A DNA stretch of 64,000 nt. Origin: Ranitomeya imitator (taxonomy: Eukaryota). The position numbers and the translations under genes were made by a program. The notes beneath the pieces were generated by a model. That model ran no database searches. It was not told the DNA's origin and worked only from the letters and a program-made list of their open reading frames with translations. Shown here in pieces: positions 12,215-23,300 of the stretch. The stretch's first letter is position 1; each line of letters starts with the position of its first letter. The stretch spans positions 219,418,001 through 219,482,000 of the forward strand of contig NC_091288.1 of assembly GCF_032444005.1 (NCBI RefSeq), read 5' to 3'.

Positions 12215-13215
12215 AGTCCTTCCTTGGGGCAGGGGGGCGTCCTTGGGGCAGGGGGGCGTCCTCGTAGCAGGTCAACGTCCTCAGGGCAGGAGGGCATCCT
12301 CGTAGCAGGGGCGACGTCCTCTGGGCACGGTGGCGTCCTTGGGGAAGGAGGGCGATGTCCTCTGGGCAGGGTGACATCCTTGTGGCAGAAGGGCGTCCTC
12401 TGGGCAGGGCGACGTCCTCTGGGCATGGTGGCGTCCTTGGATCAGGAGGGCGTCCTCGGAGCAGGGCGACGTCATTGGGGCAGGAGGGCGTCCTCGGGGC
12501 AGGGCGACATCCTCTGGGCACGGTGGCGTCCTTGGGGCAGGAGGGCGTCCTCTGGGCACGGTGGCGTCCTTGGGGCAGGAGGGCGTCCTCTGGACAGGGT
12601 GACATCCTTGTGGCAGAAGGGCGTCCTCTGGGCACGGTGGCGTCCTTGGGGAAGGAGGGCGATGTCCTCTGGGCACGGTGGCGTCCTTGGGGAAGGAGGG
12701 CGATGTCCTCTGGGCACGGTGGCGTCCTTGGGGAAGGAGGGCGATGTCCTCTGGGCAGGGTGACATCCTTGTGGCAGAAGGGCGTCCTCTGGGCATGGTG
12801 GCGTCCTTGGGGAAGGAGGGCGATGTCCTCTGGGCACGGTGGCGTCCTTGGGGAAGGAGGGCGATGTCCTCTGGGCACGGTGGCGTCCTTGGGGAAGGAG
12901 GGCGATGTCCTCTGGGCAGGGTGACATCCTTGTGGCAGAAAGGCGTCCTCTGGGCACGGTGGTGTCCTTGGGGAAGGAGGGCGATGTCCTCTGGGCAGGG
13001 TGACGTCCTTGTGGCAGAAGGGCGTCCTCTGTGCAGGGCGACGTCCTCTGGGCATGGTGGCGTCCTTGGATCAGGAGGGCGTCCTCAGAGCAGGGCGACG
13101 TCATTGGGGCAGGAGGGCGTCCTCGGGGCAGGGCGACGTCCTCGGGGCAGGAGGGTGTCCTCGGGGCAGGGCGACGTCCTCGGGGCAGGAGGGCGTCATC
13201 AAGGCAGGGCGTCGT
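12215..13215. repeat. G-rich minisatellite, about 41-bp unit (GGGGAAGGAGGGCGATGTCCTCTGGGCACGGTGGCGTCCTT) built from two ~20-bp subunits
   Basis: Period of 41 (GATGTC at 12661 and 12702); subunit core GGCG(A/-)CGTCCT recurs. Confidence 0.93.
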
Positions 13216-13714
13216 AACCACAGCGACGGCTCGCACCAATGTTCTGGCTTAGGCTCAACAATATGGCTGCCATTTCAGCTCCTGACCACCCAATGACAAG
13301 GCTGATTTATCATTCCATGGCCTGGAGAAGCTGGATGACGCCTCCTGGCGAATATTTTTGTTATCACATGGCTTTTCCACCCATGATATCCAGTGCACGC
13401 AGAGTGATTGTATTTAAAGGGGTTATTTCCACCTTCATAAATGATTATTTTCGGATATCACTTGTAGAAACGATCCCTTTTGCAGTTTACTGCTTGTTAA
13501 AATATGAAACCGTTCTCAAGATATTAACATTTTTCTTTTTTTGTATGCGTTTCATTGCCTAGGAGACCGACCACCGCTGCTGTCAAGTTATTAAGTACTG
13601 CACTGAAGCTGGTTGGGACTAGGAGGTAACAGCATGCTGCAGCGATCGCGGCCAGCTTCAAAACAGCGCTTACAAGCTCAATAAAGGACAGCAGTGTGCA
13701 CATTCTGCCATTTA

Positions 13715-13900
13715 CAACCCCTGGCAAAAATTATGGAATCACCCTGTAAATTTTCATACCCAAAACTAACACCTGCATCAAATTAGATCTGCTCGTTAGT
13801 CTGCATCTAGGAGTGATCGCACCTTGGAGATCTGCTGCACCCAGTGGACCGACATGAATCATGGCTCCAACACGAGAGATGTCAATTGAAAAACTGAGCA
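13715..13900 (+). mobile_element. Tc1-like element, 5' end fragment
   Basis: TA followed by CAACCCCTGGCAAAAATTATGGAATCACC (Tc1-type terminus), then a transposase-like start MAPTREMSIE at 13861. Confidence 0.6.
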
Positions 13901-14454
13901 GCAGTGGTCGGTCTCCTAGGCAACGAGCCGTAAGGAAAATAAATCTGTTCATATCTCAGGAACGGTTTCAAATTTTAATAAGTGGTAAATTGCAAAGTTG
14001 CTTGTGTTTCCAGACTCTTCCTGACAATACTCCTCTATGGAGATGTGGAATTACCCTTTAAGCATTCCGCGCACATACAAACGGATGTTGGCCGTTTAAA
14101 GGGGCCATTAATGACCTGCTAGTCTTCAAGATACCTCCTTATATTCGAGCAGCTGCATCAGACGTAAAGCCTGCCCACGGCCTGAAATGGCTGATAACAG
14201 AGAGCAATGGATTGGATTCACCATCCAGTAGTCATGTGCTGTTTAAATCTCTGAGTAATTGATCCGTCCGCCTGTAGATCCTTTTAACTCTCTATTGCTT
14301 GTTACCTGCTGTGGTGCATTATGGGAGAGGCCGAGCTGATTGCAGCTTTGGATGTGACTGGAGTGGAAGACCTGTGGCGATCAGTACCAGGAAAGCAGAC
14401 GTCACTCCACAATGTAGGCGGATTTCTCCTGTAATTGGTGATCAGCGGAGTGCC

Positions 14455-17400
14455 ACGTCTCACTGCCCGTCACTGTACTGCTGTCACCTCAGCCTCCTCT
14501 CTGCCTGTCACTGTACTGCTGTCACCTCAGCCTCCTCTCTGCCTGTCACTGTGCTGCTGTCACCTCAGCCTCCTCTCTGCCTGTCACTGTGCTGCTGTCA
14601 CCTCAGCCTCCTCTCTGCCTGTCACTGTGCTGCTGTCACCTCAGCCTCCTCTCTGCCTGTCACTGTGCTGCTGTCACCTCAGCCTCCTCTCTGCCTGTCA
14701 CTGTGCTGCTGTCACCTCAGCCTCCTCTCTGCCTGTCACTGTACTGCTGTCACCTCAGCCTCCTCTCTGCCTGTCACTGTACTGCTGTCACCTCAGCCTC
14801 TTCTCTGCCTGTCACTGTACTGCTGTCACCTCAGCCTCCTCTCTGCCTGTCACTGTGCTGCTGTCACCTCAGCCTCCTCTCTGCCTGTCACTGTACTGCT
14901 GTCACCTCAGCCTCCTCTCTGCCTGTCACTGTACTGCTGTCACCTCAGCCTCCTCTCTGCCTGTCACTGTGCTGCTGTCACCTCAGCCTCTTCTCTGCCC
15001 GTCACTGTGCTGCTGTCACCTCAGTCTCCTCTCTGCCTGTCACTGTGCTGCTGTCACCTCAGCCTCCTCTCTGCCTGTCACTGTGCTGCTGTCACCTCAG
15101 CCTCCTCTCTGCCTGTCACTGTACTGCTGTCACCTCAGCCTCCTCTCTGCCTGTCACTGTACTGCTGTCACCTCAGCCTCCTCTCTGCCTGTCACTGTGC
15201 TGCTGTCACCTCAGCCTCCTCTCTGCCTGTCACTGTGCTGCTGTCACCTCAGCCTCCTCTCTGCCTGTCACTGTGCTGCTGTCACCTCAGCCTCTTCTCT
15301 GCCTGTCACTGTGCTGCTGTCACCTCAGTCTCCTCTCTGCCCGTCACTGTGCTGCTGTCACCTCAGCCTCCTCTCTGCCTGTCACTGTACTGCTGTCACC
15401 TCAGCCTCCTCTCTGCCTGTCACTGTGCTGCTGTCACCTCAGTCTCCTCTCTGCCTGTCACTGTGCTGCTGTCACCTCAGCCTCCTCTCTGCCGGTCACT
15501 GTGCTGCTGTCACCTCAGTCTCCTCTCTGCCTGTCACCTCAGCCTCCTCTCTGCCTGTCACTGTGCTGCTGTCACCTCAGTCTCCTCTCTGCCTGTCACC
15601 TCAGCCTCCTCCCTGCCTGTCACTGTACTGCTGTCACCTCAGTCTCCTCTCCTCCTGTCACTGTGCTGCTGTCACCTCAGTCTCCTCTCTGCCTGTCACC
15701 TCAGCCTCCTCTCTGCCTGTCACTGTACTGCTGTCACCTCAGCCTCCTCTGCCCGTCACTGTACTGCTGTCACCTCAGCCTCCTCTCTGCCTGTCACTGT
15801 GCTGCTGTCACCTCAGCCTCCTCTCTGCCTGTCACTGTGCTGCTGTCACCTCAGCCTCCTCTCTGCCTGTCACTGTGCTGCTGTCACCTCAGCCTCCTCT
15901 CTGCCTGTCACTGTGCTGCTGTCACCTCAGCCTCCTCTCTGCCTGTCACTGTACTGCTGTCACCTCAGCCTCCTCTCTGCCTGTCACTGTGCTGCTGTCA
16001 CCTCAGCCTCCTCTCTGCCTGTCACTGTACTGCTGTCACCTCAGTCTCCTCTCTGCCTGTCACTGTACTGCTGTCACCTCAGTCTCCTCTCTGCCTGTCA
16101 CTGTGCTGCTGTCACCTCAGTCTCCTCTCTGCCCGTCACTGTGCTGCTGTCACCTCAGTCTCCTCTCTGCCTGTCACTGTGCTGCTGTCACCTCAGCCTC
16201 CTCTCTGCCTGTCACTGTGCTGCTGTCACCTCAGTCTCCTCTCTGCCTGTCACTGTGCTGCTGTCACCTCAGCCTCCTCTCTGCCTGTCACTGTGCTGCT
16301 GTCACCTCAGTCTCCTCTCTGCCCGTCACTGTGCTGCTGTCACCTCAGTCTCCTCTCTGCCTGTCACTGTGCTGCTGTCACCTCAGTCTCCTCTCTGCCT
16401 GTCACTGTGCTGCTGTCACCTCAGCCTCCTCTCTGCCTGTCACTGTACTGCTGTCACCTCAGCCTCCTCTCTGCCTATCACTGTGCTGCTGTCACCTGTC
16501 TCCTCTCTGCCTGTCACTGTGCTGCTGTCACCTCAGTCTCCTCTCTGCCTGTCACTGTACTGCTGTCACCTCAGTCTCCTCTCTGCCTGTCACTGTGCTG
16601 CTGTCACCTCAGTCTCCTCTCTGCCTGTCACTGTACTGCTGTCACCTCAGTCTCCTCTCTGCCTGTCACTGTGCTGCTGTCACCTCAGTCTCCTCTCTGC
16701 CTGTCACTGTACTGCTGTCACCTCAGTCTCCTCTCTGCCTGTCACTGTGCTGCTGTCACCTCAGTCTCCTCTCTGCCTGTCACTGTACTGCTGTCACTCC
16801 TCTCTGCCTGTCACTGTACTGCTGTCACCTCAGCCTCCTCTCTGCCTATCACTGTGCTGCTGTCACCTGTCTCCTCTCTGCCTGTCACTGTGCTGCTGTC
16901 ACCTCAGTCTCCTCTCTGCCTGTCACTGTACTGCTGTCACCTCAGTCTCCTCTCTGCCTGTCACTGTACTGCTGTCACCTCAGTCTCCTCTCTGCCTGTC
17001 ACTGTGCTGCTGTCACCTCAGTCTCCTCTGCCTGTCGCTGTGCTGCTGTCTCTTCAGTCTCCTCTCTGCCTGTCACTGTGCTGCTGTCCTCAGTCTCCTC
17101 TCTGCCTGTCACTGTACTGCTGTCACCTCAGTCTCCTCTCTGCCCGTCACTGTCCTGCTGTCACCCCAGCCTTCTCTCTGCCCGTCACTGTACTGCTGTC
17201 ACCTCAGTCTCCTCTCTGCCCGTCACTGTACTGCTGTCACTCCTCTCTGCCTGTCACTGTACTGCTGTCACCTCAGTCTCCTCTCTGCCCGTCACTGTGC
17301 TGCTGTCACCTCAGTCTCCTCTCTGCCTGTCACTGTGCTGCTGTCACCTCAGTCTCCTCTCTGCCTGTCACTGTATTGCTGTCACCTCAGCCTCCTCTCT

Positions 17401-17540
17401 GCCTGTCACTGTGCTGCTGTCACCTCAGCCTCCTCTCTGCCTGTCACTGTGCTGCTGTCACCTCAGTCTCCTGCCTGTCACTGCGCTGCTGTCACCTGTC
17501 TCCTCCCTGCCTGTCACTGTGCTGTCACCTCAGTCTCCTC
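14455..17540. repeat. Minisatellite, 38-bp unit CTGTCACCTCAGCCTCCTCTCTGCCTGTCACTGTGCTG (left block)
   Basis: Period of 38 (GTCACC at 14521 and 14559). Confidence 0.97.
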
Positions 17541-17567
17541 CCTTATATACTTAACTATATAAACATG

Positions 17568-18020
17568 TAAAACATGTAAACTTGAAAACACGAAATTTGA
17601 ACTGCATTACTGCACTAGAAATATGAAAAATGAGAGCTTTTAGCGCATAAAAATGGCCAATTTTATGCGTACCTGGTAGCCCCGTTACGGCATCTCTCTT
17701 ATACCAGGTTCTCTAGCCTTCTGATCGTGCACTCCCCGCCTCCTAGCTTCAGGTGTTTTAATTACAACAGGTCCAATACCCCTCCACAGAGAGAGAGAAT
17801 TTTAGTCTAGGAAGAGGTTTTCACATGTACCCATTCAGATGGAGACGTTTATTCTCAGCGAGGTAAGGCAAGCGTAGGACCTGGTATAAGAGAGATGCCG
17901 TAAAGTGGCTACCAGGTACACATAAAATTGGCCATTTTTATGCGCTAAAAGCTCTCATTTTTCATATTTCTAGTGCAGTAATGCAGTTCAAATTTCGTGT
18001 TTTCAAGTTTACATGTTTTA
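17568..18020. mobile_element. Non-autonomous inverted-repeat element (MITE), 453 bp with ~142-bp terminal inverted repeats
   Basis: 17568-17709 (TAAAACATGTAAACTTGAAAACACG...ATACCAGGT) is the reverse complement of 17879-18020 with about 3 mismatches, around a 169-bp unique core. It begins and ends in TA. Confidence 0.88.
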
Positions 18021-18049
18021 GCGCTGCAGTGTGCTGCCCTATTTACTTA

Positions 18050-19005
18050 ACTGTCACTGTGCTGCTGTCACCTCAGTCTCCTCTCTGCCTGTCACTGTGC
18101 TGCTGTCACCTCAGCCTCCTCTCTGCCTGTCACTGTGCTGCTGTCACCTCAGTCTCCTCTCTGCCCGTCACTGTGCTGCTGTCACCTCAGTCTCCTCTCT
18201 GCCTGTCACTGTGCTGCTGTCACCTCAGTCTCCTCTCTGCCTGTCACTGTGCTGCTGTCACCTCAGCCTCCTCTCTGCCTGTCACTGTGCTGCTTTCACC
18301 TCAGTCTCCTCTCTGCCCGTCACTGTACTGCTGTCACCTCAGTATCCTCTCTGCCTGTCACTGTACTGCTGTCACCTCAGTCTCCTCTCTGCCAGTCGCT
18401 GTACTGCTGTCACCTCAGTCTCCTCTCTGCCCGTCACTGTGCTGCTGTCACCTCAGCCTCCTCTCTGCCTGTCACTGTGCTGCTGTCACCTCAGTCTCCT
18501 CTCTGCCCGTCACTGTGCTGCTGTCACCTCAGTCTCCTCTCTGCCCGTCACTGTGCTGCTGTCACCTCAGTCTCCTCTCTGCCCGTCACTGTGCTGCTGT
18601 CACCTGTCTCCTCTCTGCCTGTCACTGTGCTGCTGTCACCTCAGCCTCCTCTCTGCCCGTCACTGTGCTGCTGTCACCTCAGCCTCCTCTCTGCCCGTCA
18701 CTGTGCTGCTGTCACCTCAGTCTCCTCTCTGCCCGTCACTGTACTGCTGTCACCTCAGCCTCCTCTCTGCCTGTCACTGTACTGCTGTCACCTCAGCCTC
18801 CTCTCTGCCTGTCACTGTGCTGCTGTCACCTCAGTCTCCTCTCTGCCTGTCACTGTGCTGCTGTCACCTCAGTCTCCTCTCTGCCCGTCACTGTGCTGCT
18901 GTCACCTCAGCCTCCTCTCTGCCTGTCACTGTACTGCTGTCACCTCAGCCTCCTCTCTGCCTGTCACTGTGCTGCTGTCACCTCAGTCTCCTCTCTGCCT
19001 GTCTC
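18050..19005. repeat. 38-bp minisatellite (right block, same unit and orientation as 14455-17540)
   Basis: The same unit resumes after the MITE. Confidence 0.96.
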
Positions 19006-19438
19006 CTCCTGGGCTCTCTGCAGCATGTACACGCCTGGCATCCTGCGCAGGATTTGAGACCTTCCCCTGAGGGCGGGTGGTCAGATCTGCAGCAGGTCAG
19101 GGGTTCTCTCCATGTTACGTGGCACCGGTCTGTGCTCAGATACGAGTCAGGACATAAGACGCAGGAGAACCACGCCCTGTGCCTCATGTAATCACGTGTA
19201 CAAGGCCCTGGTGGTCTAGGGTAATTCCACTCTTGGGTGGTCCCCGGGTTCCCACCTACAGCAAGCCTTGGTACTTATTATTCTCATCCAGTGAAAGACA
19301 TTCAGCAGTATCAGGTGAGTGAAGTTTCACTTTGTCGTCACAAGCACTTAGTGCCGGACGCCATCTTGGATGAACAGACTTACTGATTGTTCCGCCAGGT
19401 AATACCACAGCAGACACGCGGATATTACATATTAATAG

Positions 19439-19444
19439 TTTATT
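19439..19444 (-). promoter_or_regulatory. Candidate STX4 polyadenylation signal
   Basis: AATAAA on the minus strand (TTTATT at 19439-19444) overlaps ATTAAA (19443-19448), about 850 nt after the STX4 stop codon. Confidence 0.45.
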
Positions 19445-20292
19445 TAATACAAGATCGTTATAAAAAAAAAAGAGAAACACTGAATGGTGCGGTCAGTGTG
19501 AGCTCCACGGACATGAGAAACCTCCAGCATTATAGGAGCCGGGACAGTCCATGAGCACGCAGCACCCTCACCTCGCCGGCATGGCTGACATCGGGGGTCA
19601 TTACAAGATCAAAGTGCAAGCTCCTCCCTGGTGACTGGTCCGGACACAGCCAGAGCTGCATTCACAATTCTGCCGCAGTGTGAGATGTAGTGTTTAATCC
19701 AGTAATGGGACGTAGGACACTACAGTTCCCAGGGGGCCGTGCGTCCTGGCGTCTCGGGGTGTGGACGGTGCTGACGGATCCCAGGCAGCTACCAGCAAAA
19801 TGGTGTCTGGAGCTGCGGCAGTGACCGGACCGTGACTGACCGTTACGTGGATTTAACCTGTAAAAAACCGTATAAAAGTGAAGCCGCTCGTTACATAAAT
19901 TACGCCAAGAATTAAAAAGAACAAGAGACAGCGACTGAGCGACACCTCATCCCCCGCACAATGTCATGGCCGCCCTGGCACCAGCAGGGGGCAATGTGTG
20001 GACCTGAGAGCACTCGCCAGGGCCGGGCTATGTACAGTGATGGAGGCAGCGACGCTCGCACACGCAGACTGACATCTATAATGGTAAAGTATAAGGCACA
20101 CTCGGAAATCGCACACAATGTCGGTGGTCGGTTACCATGGGAAGTCAGTTACCCTCCCCGAGCCCCAGCAGAGACCACCGGGCCTGTACTCAGGAGCCAT
20201 GCGGAGCTGTCCCCCGCGGGGAGCAGGACGGCATCGCTGCGTGATACAGGTATAGATGGGGTGGGGGGAACAGGGGTCCTCGTCTGCTCCTC

Positions 20293-20373
20293 TCAGGTCG
20301 TCAGGGACACCGTGATGATGAGGACAACGACAATGATGAAAATGGCCAAGCAGATGGCGATGTAGACTTTCTT
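20293..20373 (-). CDS. STX4: STX4 exon 10 ([26 protein letters not shown], transmembrane anchor)
   Basis: Acceptor CTCTCTGCAG|AAG; TGA at 20293-20295. Confidence 0.93.
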   Translation of the reverse strand, partial: KKVYIAICLAIFIIVVVLIITVSLTT

Positions 20374-23300
20374 CTGCAGAGAGAAGAGATGGCTGTGTAA
20401 AACGCACAGGGCATACGGGCACAGGGCATACGGGCACAGGTCATCTCCGGGTCTCACCTTCCGCGCCTTCTGTCTGTTGTCCACCGCCTGGTCCAGCTGT
20501 TTCTTGGCTTTTTCCACATAATCCGTAGAATGTAAAATATTCTTCTCGATGCTGTTTATCGTCTCCCCCTGAGACGGGACAAGAATCAGGACAAGGTAAG
20601 AGGACACGGGCAGCAGAGCCAGGGAGGACTCAACCATTCACAAGCCTCATACCTGCGCCTCCACCTCCATGGCGAGGTACATGAACATCTCGTGAAGCTC
20701 CACAATGCTCTTCTCCAGCTTCAGGATCTCCTCGTGCCGAGCTTCGATTTCATTCAGGGCCTGTTTAGTGACCTGTGTGTCCTTCAGGATCTGCACAAAA
20801 AAAACCACCGGTCACAGTGTGTCCTACTACCAACATCCCAAATTACCTCCAGTGCGCAGGCATCGTACACTAACCCGGGCCCATCTGCCCCATCACAACA
20901 CGCAACATCCTGCACCAATCCCCAACACGTCCTCCAACACTTCCCAATGCTTTCTCAGATGGCCGCGACTTTCACCAATCCCCAATGCTTCCTCTAGCCC
21001 CACATGACTCCCCCAACACTCCCTCATCCTCCACCAATGCAAAATGCTCCCTCCTGCGGCCTCATCCTACACCAACGCCCAACCCTCCCACATCCGCCAT
21101 CAACCCCCCACGCTCCCTCATCCTCCTCCAATGCAAAATGCTCCTCTCCTGCGGCCGCAACCTACACCAACGCCCAACCCTCCACGCTCCCAACCCTCCC
21201 ACATCCGCCATCAACCCCCCACGCTCCCTCATCCGCTCCCAACCCTCCCACATCCGCCATCAACCCCCCACGCTCCCTCATCCTCCACCAATGCAAAATG
21301 CTCCTCTCCTGCGGCCGCAACCTACACCAACGCCCAACTCTCCCACATCCGCCATCAACCCCCCACGCTGCCAACACTCCCTCATCCTCCACCAAAACCC
21401 AACTCTCCCTCCACCAACGCCCAATGCTTCCTCATCTGCCAAGCTCCCTTATCCGCCACCAACACTCCCTCATCCTCCACCAACGCCCCAAACTCCCTCA
21501 TCCACCCCAAACACACCTCATCCTCCACCAACGCCGAATGCTCCCTAATTTGTCCCTAATGCTCAGCGCTCCCTCATCCGCCACCAATCCCCAACGCTTC
21601 CTCATGCTGCACCAATGCCCAACGCTCCCTCATCCGCCACCCATGCCCAACACTCCCTCATCCGCCACCCATGCCCAACACTCCCTCATCCGCCACCCAT
21701 GCCCAACGCTCCCTCATCCGCCACCAGCCACTCCCTCCCCCAGTACTCATCAACACTCCCTTCAGCTCCCATATCCTCCAATCACCATTACTCCCTATGG
21801 CTCCCACATCCTCCATGTAAGACTGACACCAACCACAGCCTCCCACAATCCTCCCAGTTCTGTTGATTGCTCACAATCGCACCGCCTCTTACATTGCTGG
21901 TGAACACGTCCGTCTGTCCACTCTCCAGCATCTCATCAAACTGCTCGTCCGTGACACTGTGGCCGGCTGTGAAGGAAAAACAGGAAGGTAAATGGCGCCC
22001 TCCACCCGTCACACTACAGGTGCATGAATGTTCAGCAACGACTACTACCCCCAGCGTACAGCAGGAGTGGGAACATACTGATCTGGAGCTGCCGCTTGAT
22101 CCTATTCACGTTGTTCTCTCTGTACTGCGTCTGCACCATGTTACACTGGTTTAGGATTTCGAAGAATTGCTGAGAGAGGACGGAGTGCTGCAAGACAAGA
22201 CGGTCTGATAAATGAACCTGAGCGCAGGGGTGAAGCCCCCACACAACCTCCATGAAGGGTCATTAGGACGATACCTGAGTCTTCTTCATCCGCAGGTGCA
22301 CCGACTTCCTCACCTCCTCCTCATCGTCCTTTATCTCAATGACTGTAATGACGGAGGAACCAAGGTGAGACGGCGACAGGGGAAGGACTCCCACCCACCA
22401 CAGGCACCAGGACCTAACAACCAGCCTAAATCCCCCACAAAACACCCGGACCCTCACAACCTAAGTCCTGACATGGACCACAAGCATGAAGTGATCACCC
22501 CCATACCAGGCCCCGATCACCAGCCCTAACCGTCTCACCACCGGGACTCGTGCTAGTCTGCGTCATCAGCTATAGCCCTCAAGAGCGGAGTCAGCTCCCC
22601 ACCAAAGCAGCAGCCCCAACTCCTCCACCATGGGCCCCCCCCCCCAAGCGCCAGGCCAAACTCTTCCAGCCCGGGCCCCCCAAAATGCCAGCCCAAACTC
22701 CTCCACCACGGGCCCCCGAAAGCAGCAGCCCCAACTCCTCCACCACGGGCCCCCGAAAGCACCAGCCCCAACTCCTCCACCATGGGCCCCCCGAAAGCAC
22801 CAGCCCCAACTCCTCCACCATGGGCCCCCCGAAAGCACCAGCCCCAACTCCTCCACCATGGGCCCCCCCAAGTGCCAGCCCCAACTCCTCCACCATGGCC
22901 CCCCCCCCCCCCCAAGTGCCATCCCAAACTCCTCCACCATGGGCCCCCCCAAGTGCCATCCCAAACTCCTCCACCATGGGCCCCCCCAAGTGCCAGCCCC
23001 AACTCCTCCACCATGGCCCCCCCCCCCCCCCCCCCCCAAGTGCCAGCCCAAACTCCTCCACCATGGCCCCCCCCCCCCCCAAGTGCCAGCCCAAACTCCT
23101 CCACCATGGGCCCCCCAAGTGCCATCCCAAACTCCTCCACCATGGGCCCCCCAAGTGCCAGCCCAAACTCCTCCACCATGGGCCCCCCCAAGCGCCAGGC
23201 CAAACTCTTCCAGCCCGGGCTCCCCAAAATGCCATCCTTAACTCATCCACCATGGGCAACCCCCCCCCCCCCCCCCAAGCGCCAGCCCTATGGCCCTCCA

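Noticed and set aside
13414-14105. T2/Kolobok MITE from TTAAAGGGG at 13414 paired with CCCTTTAA at 14054-14061 (similar lone ends at 14095, 55958 and 63932)
   Set aside because: The terminal match is only about 4 bp beyond TTAA and no partner end is convincing.
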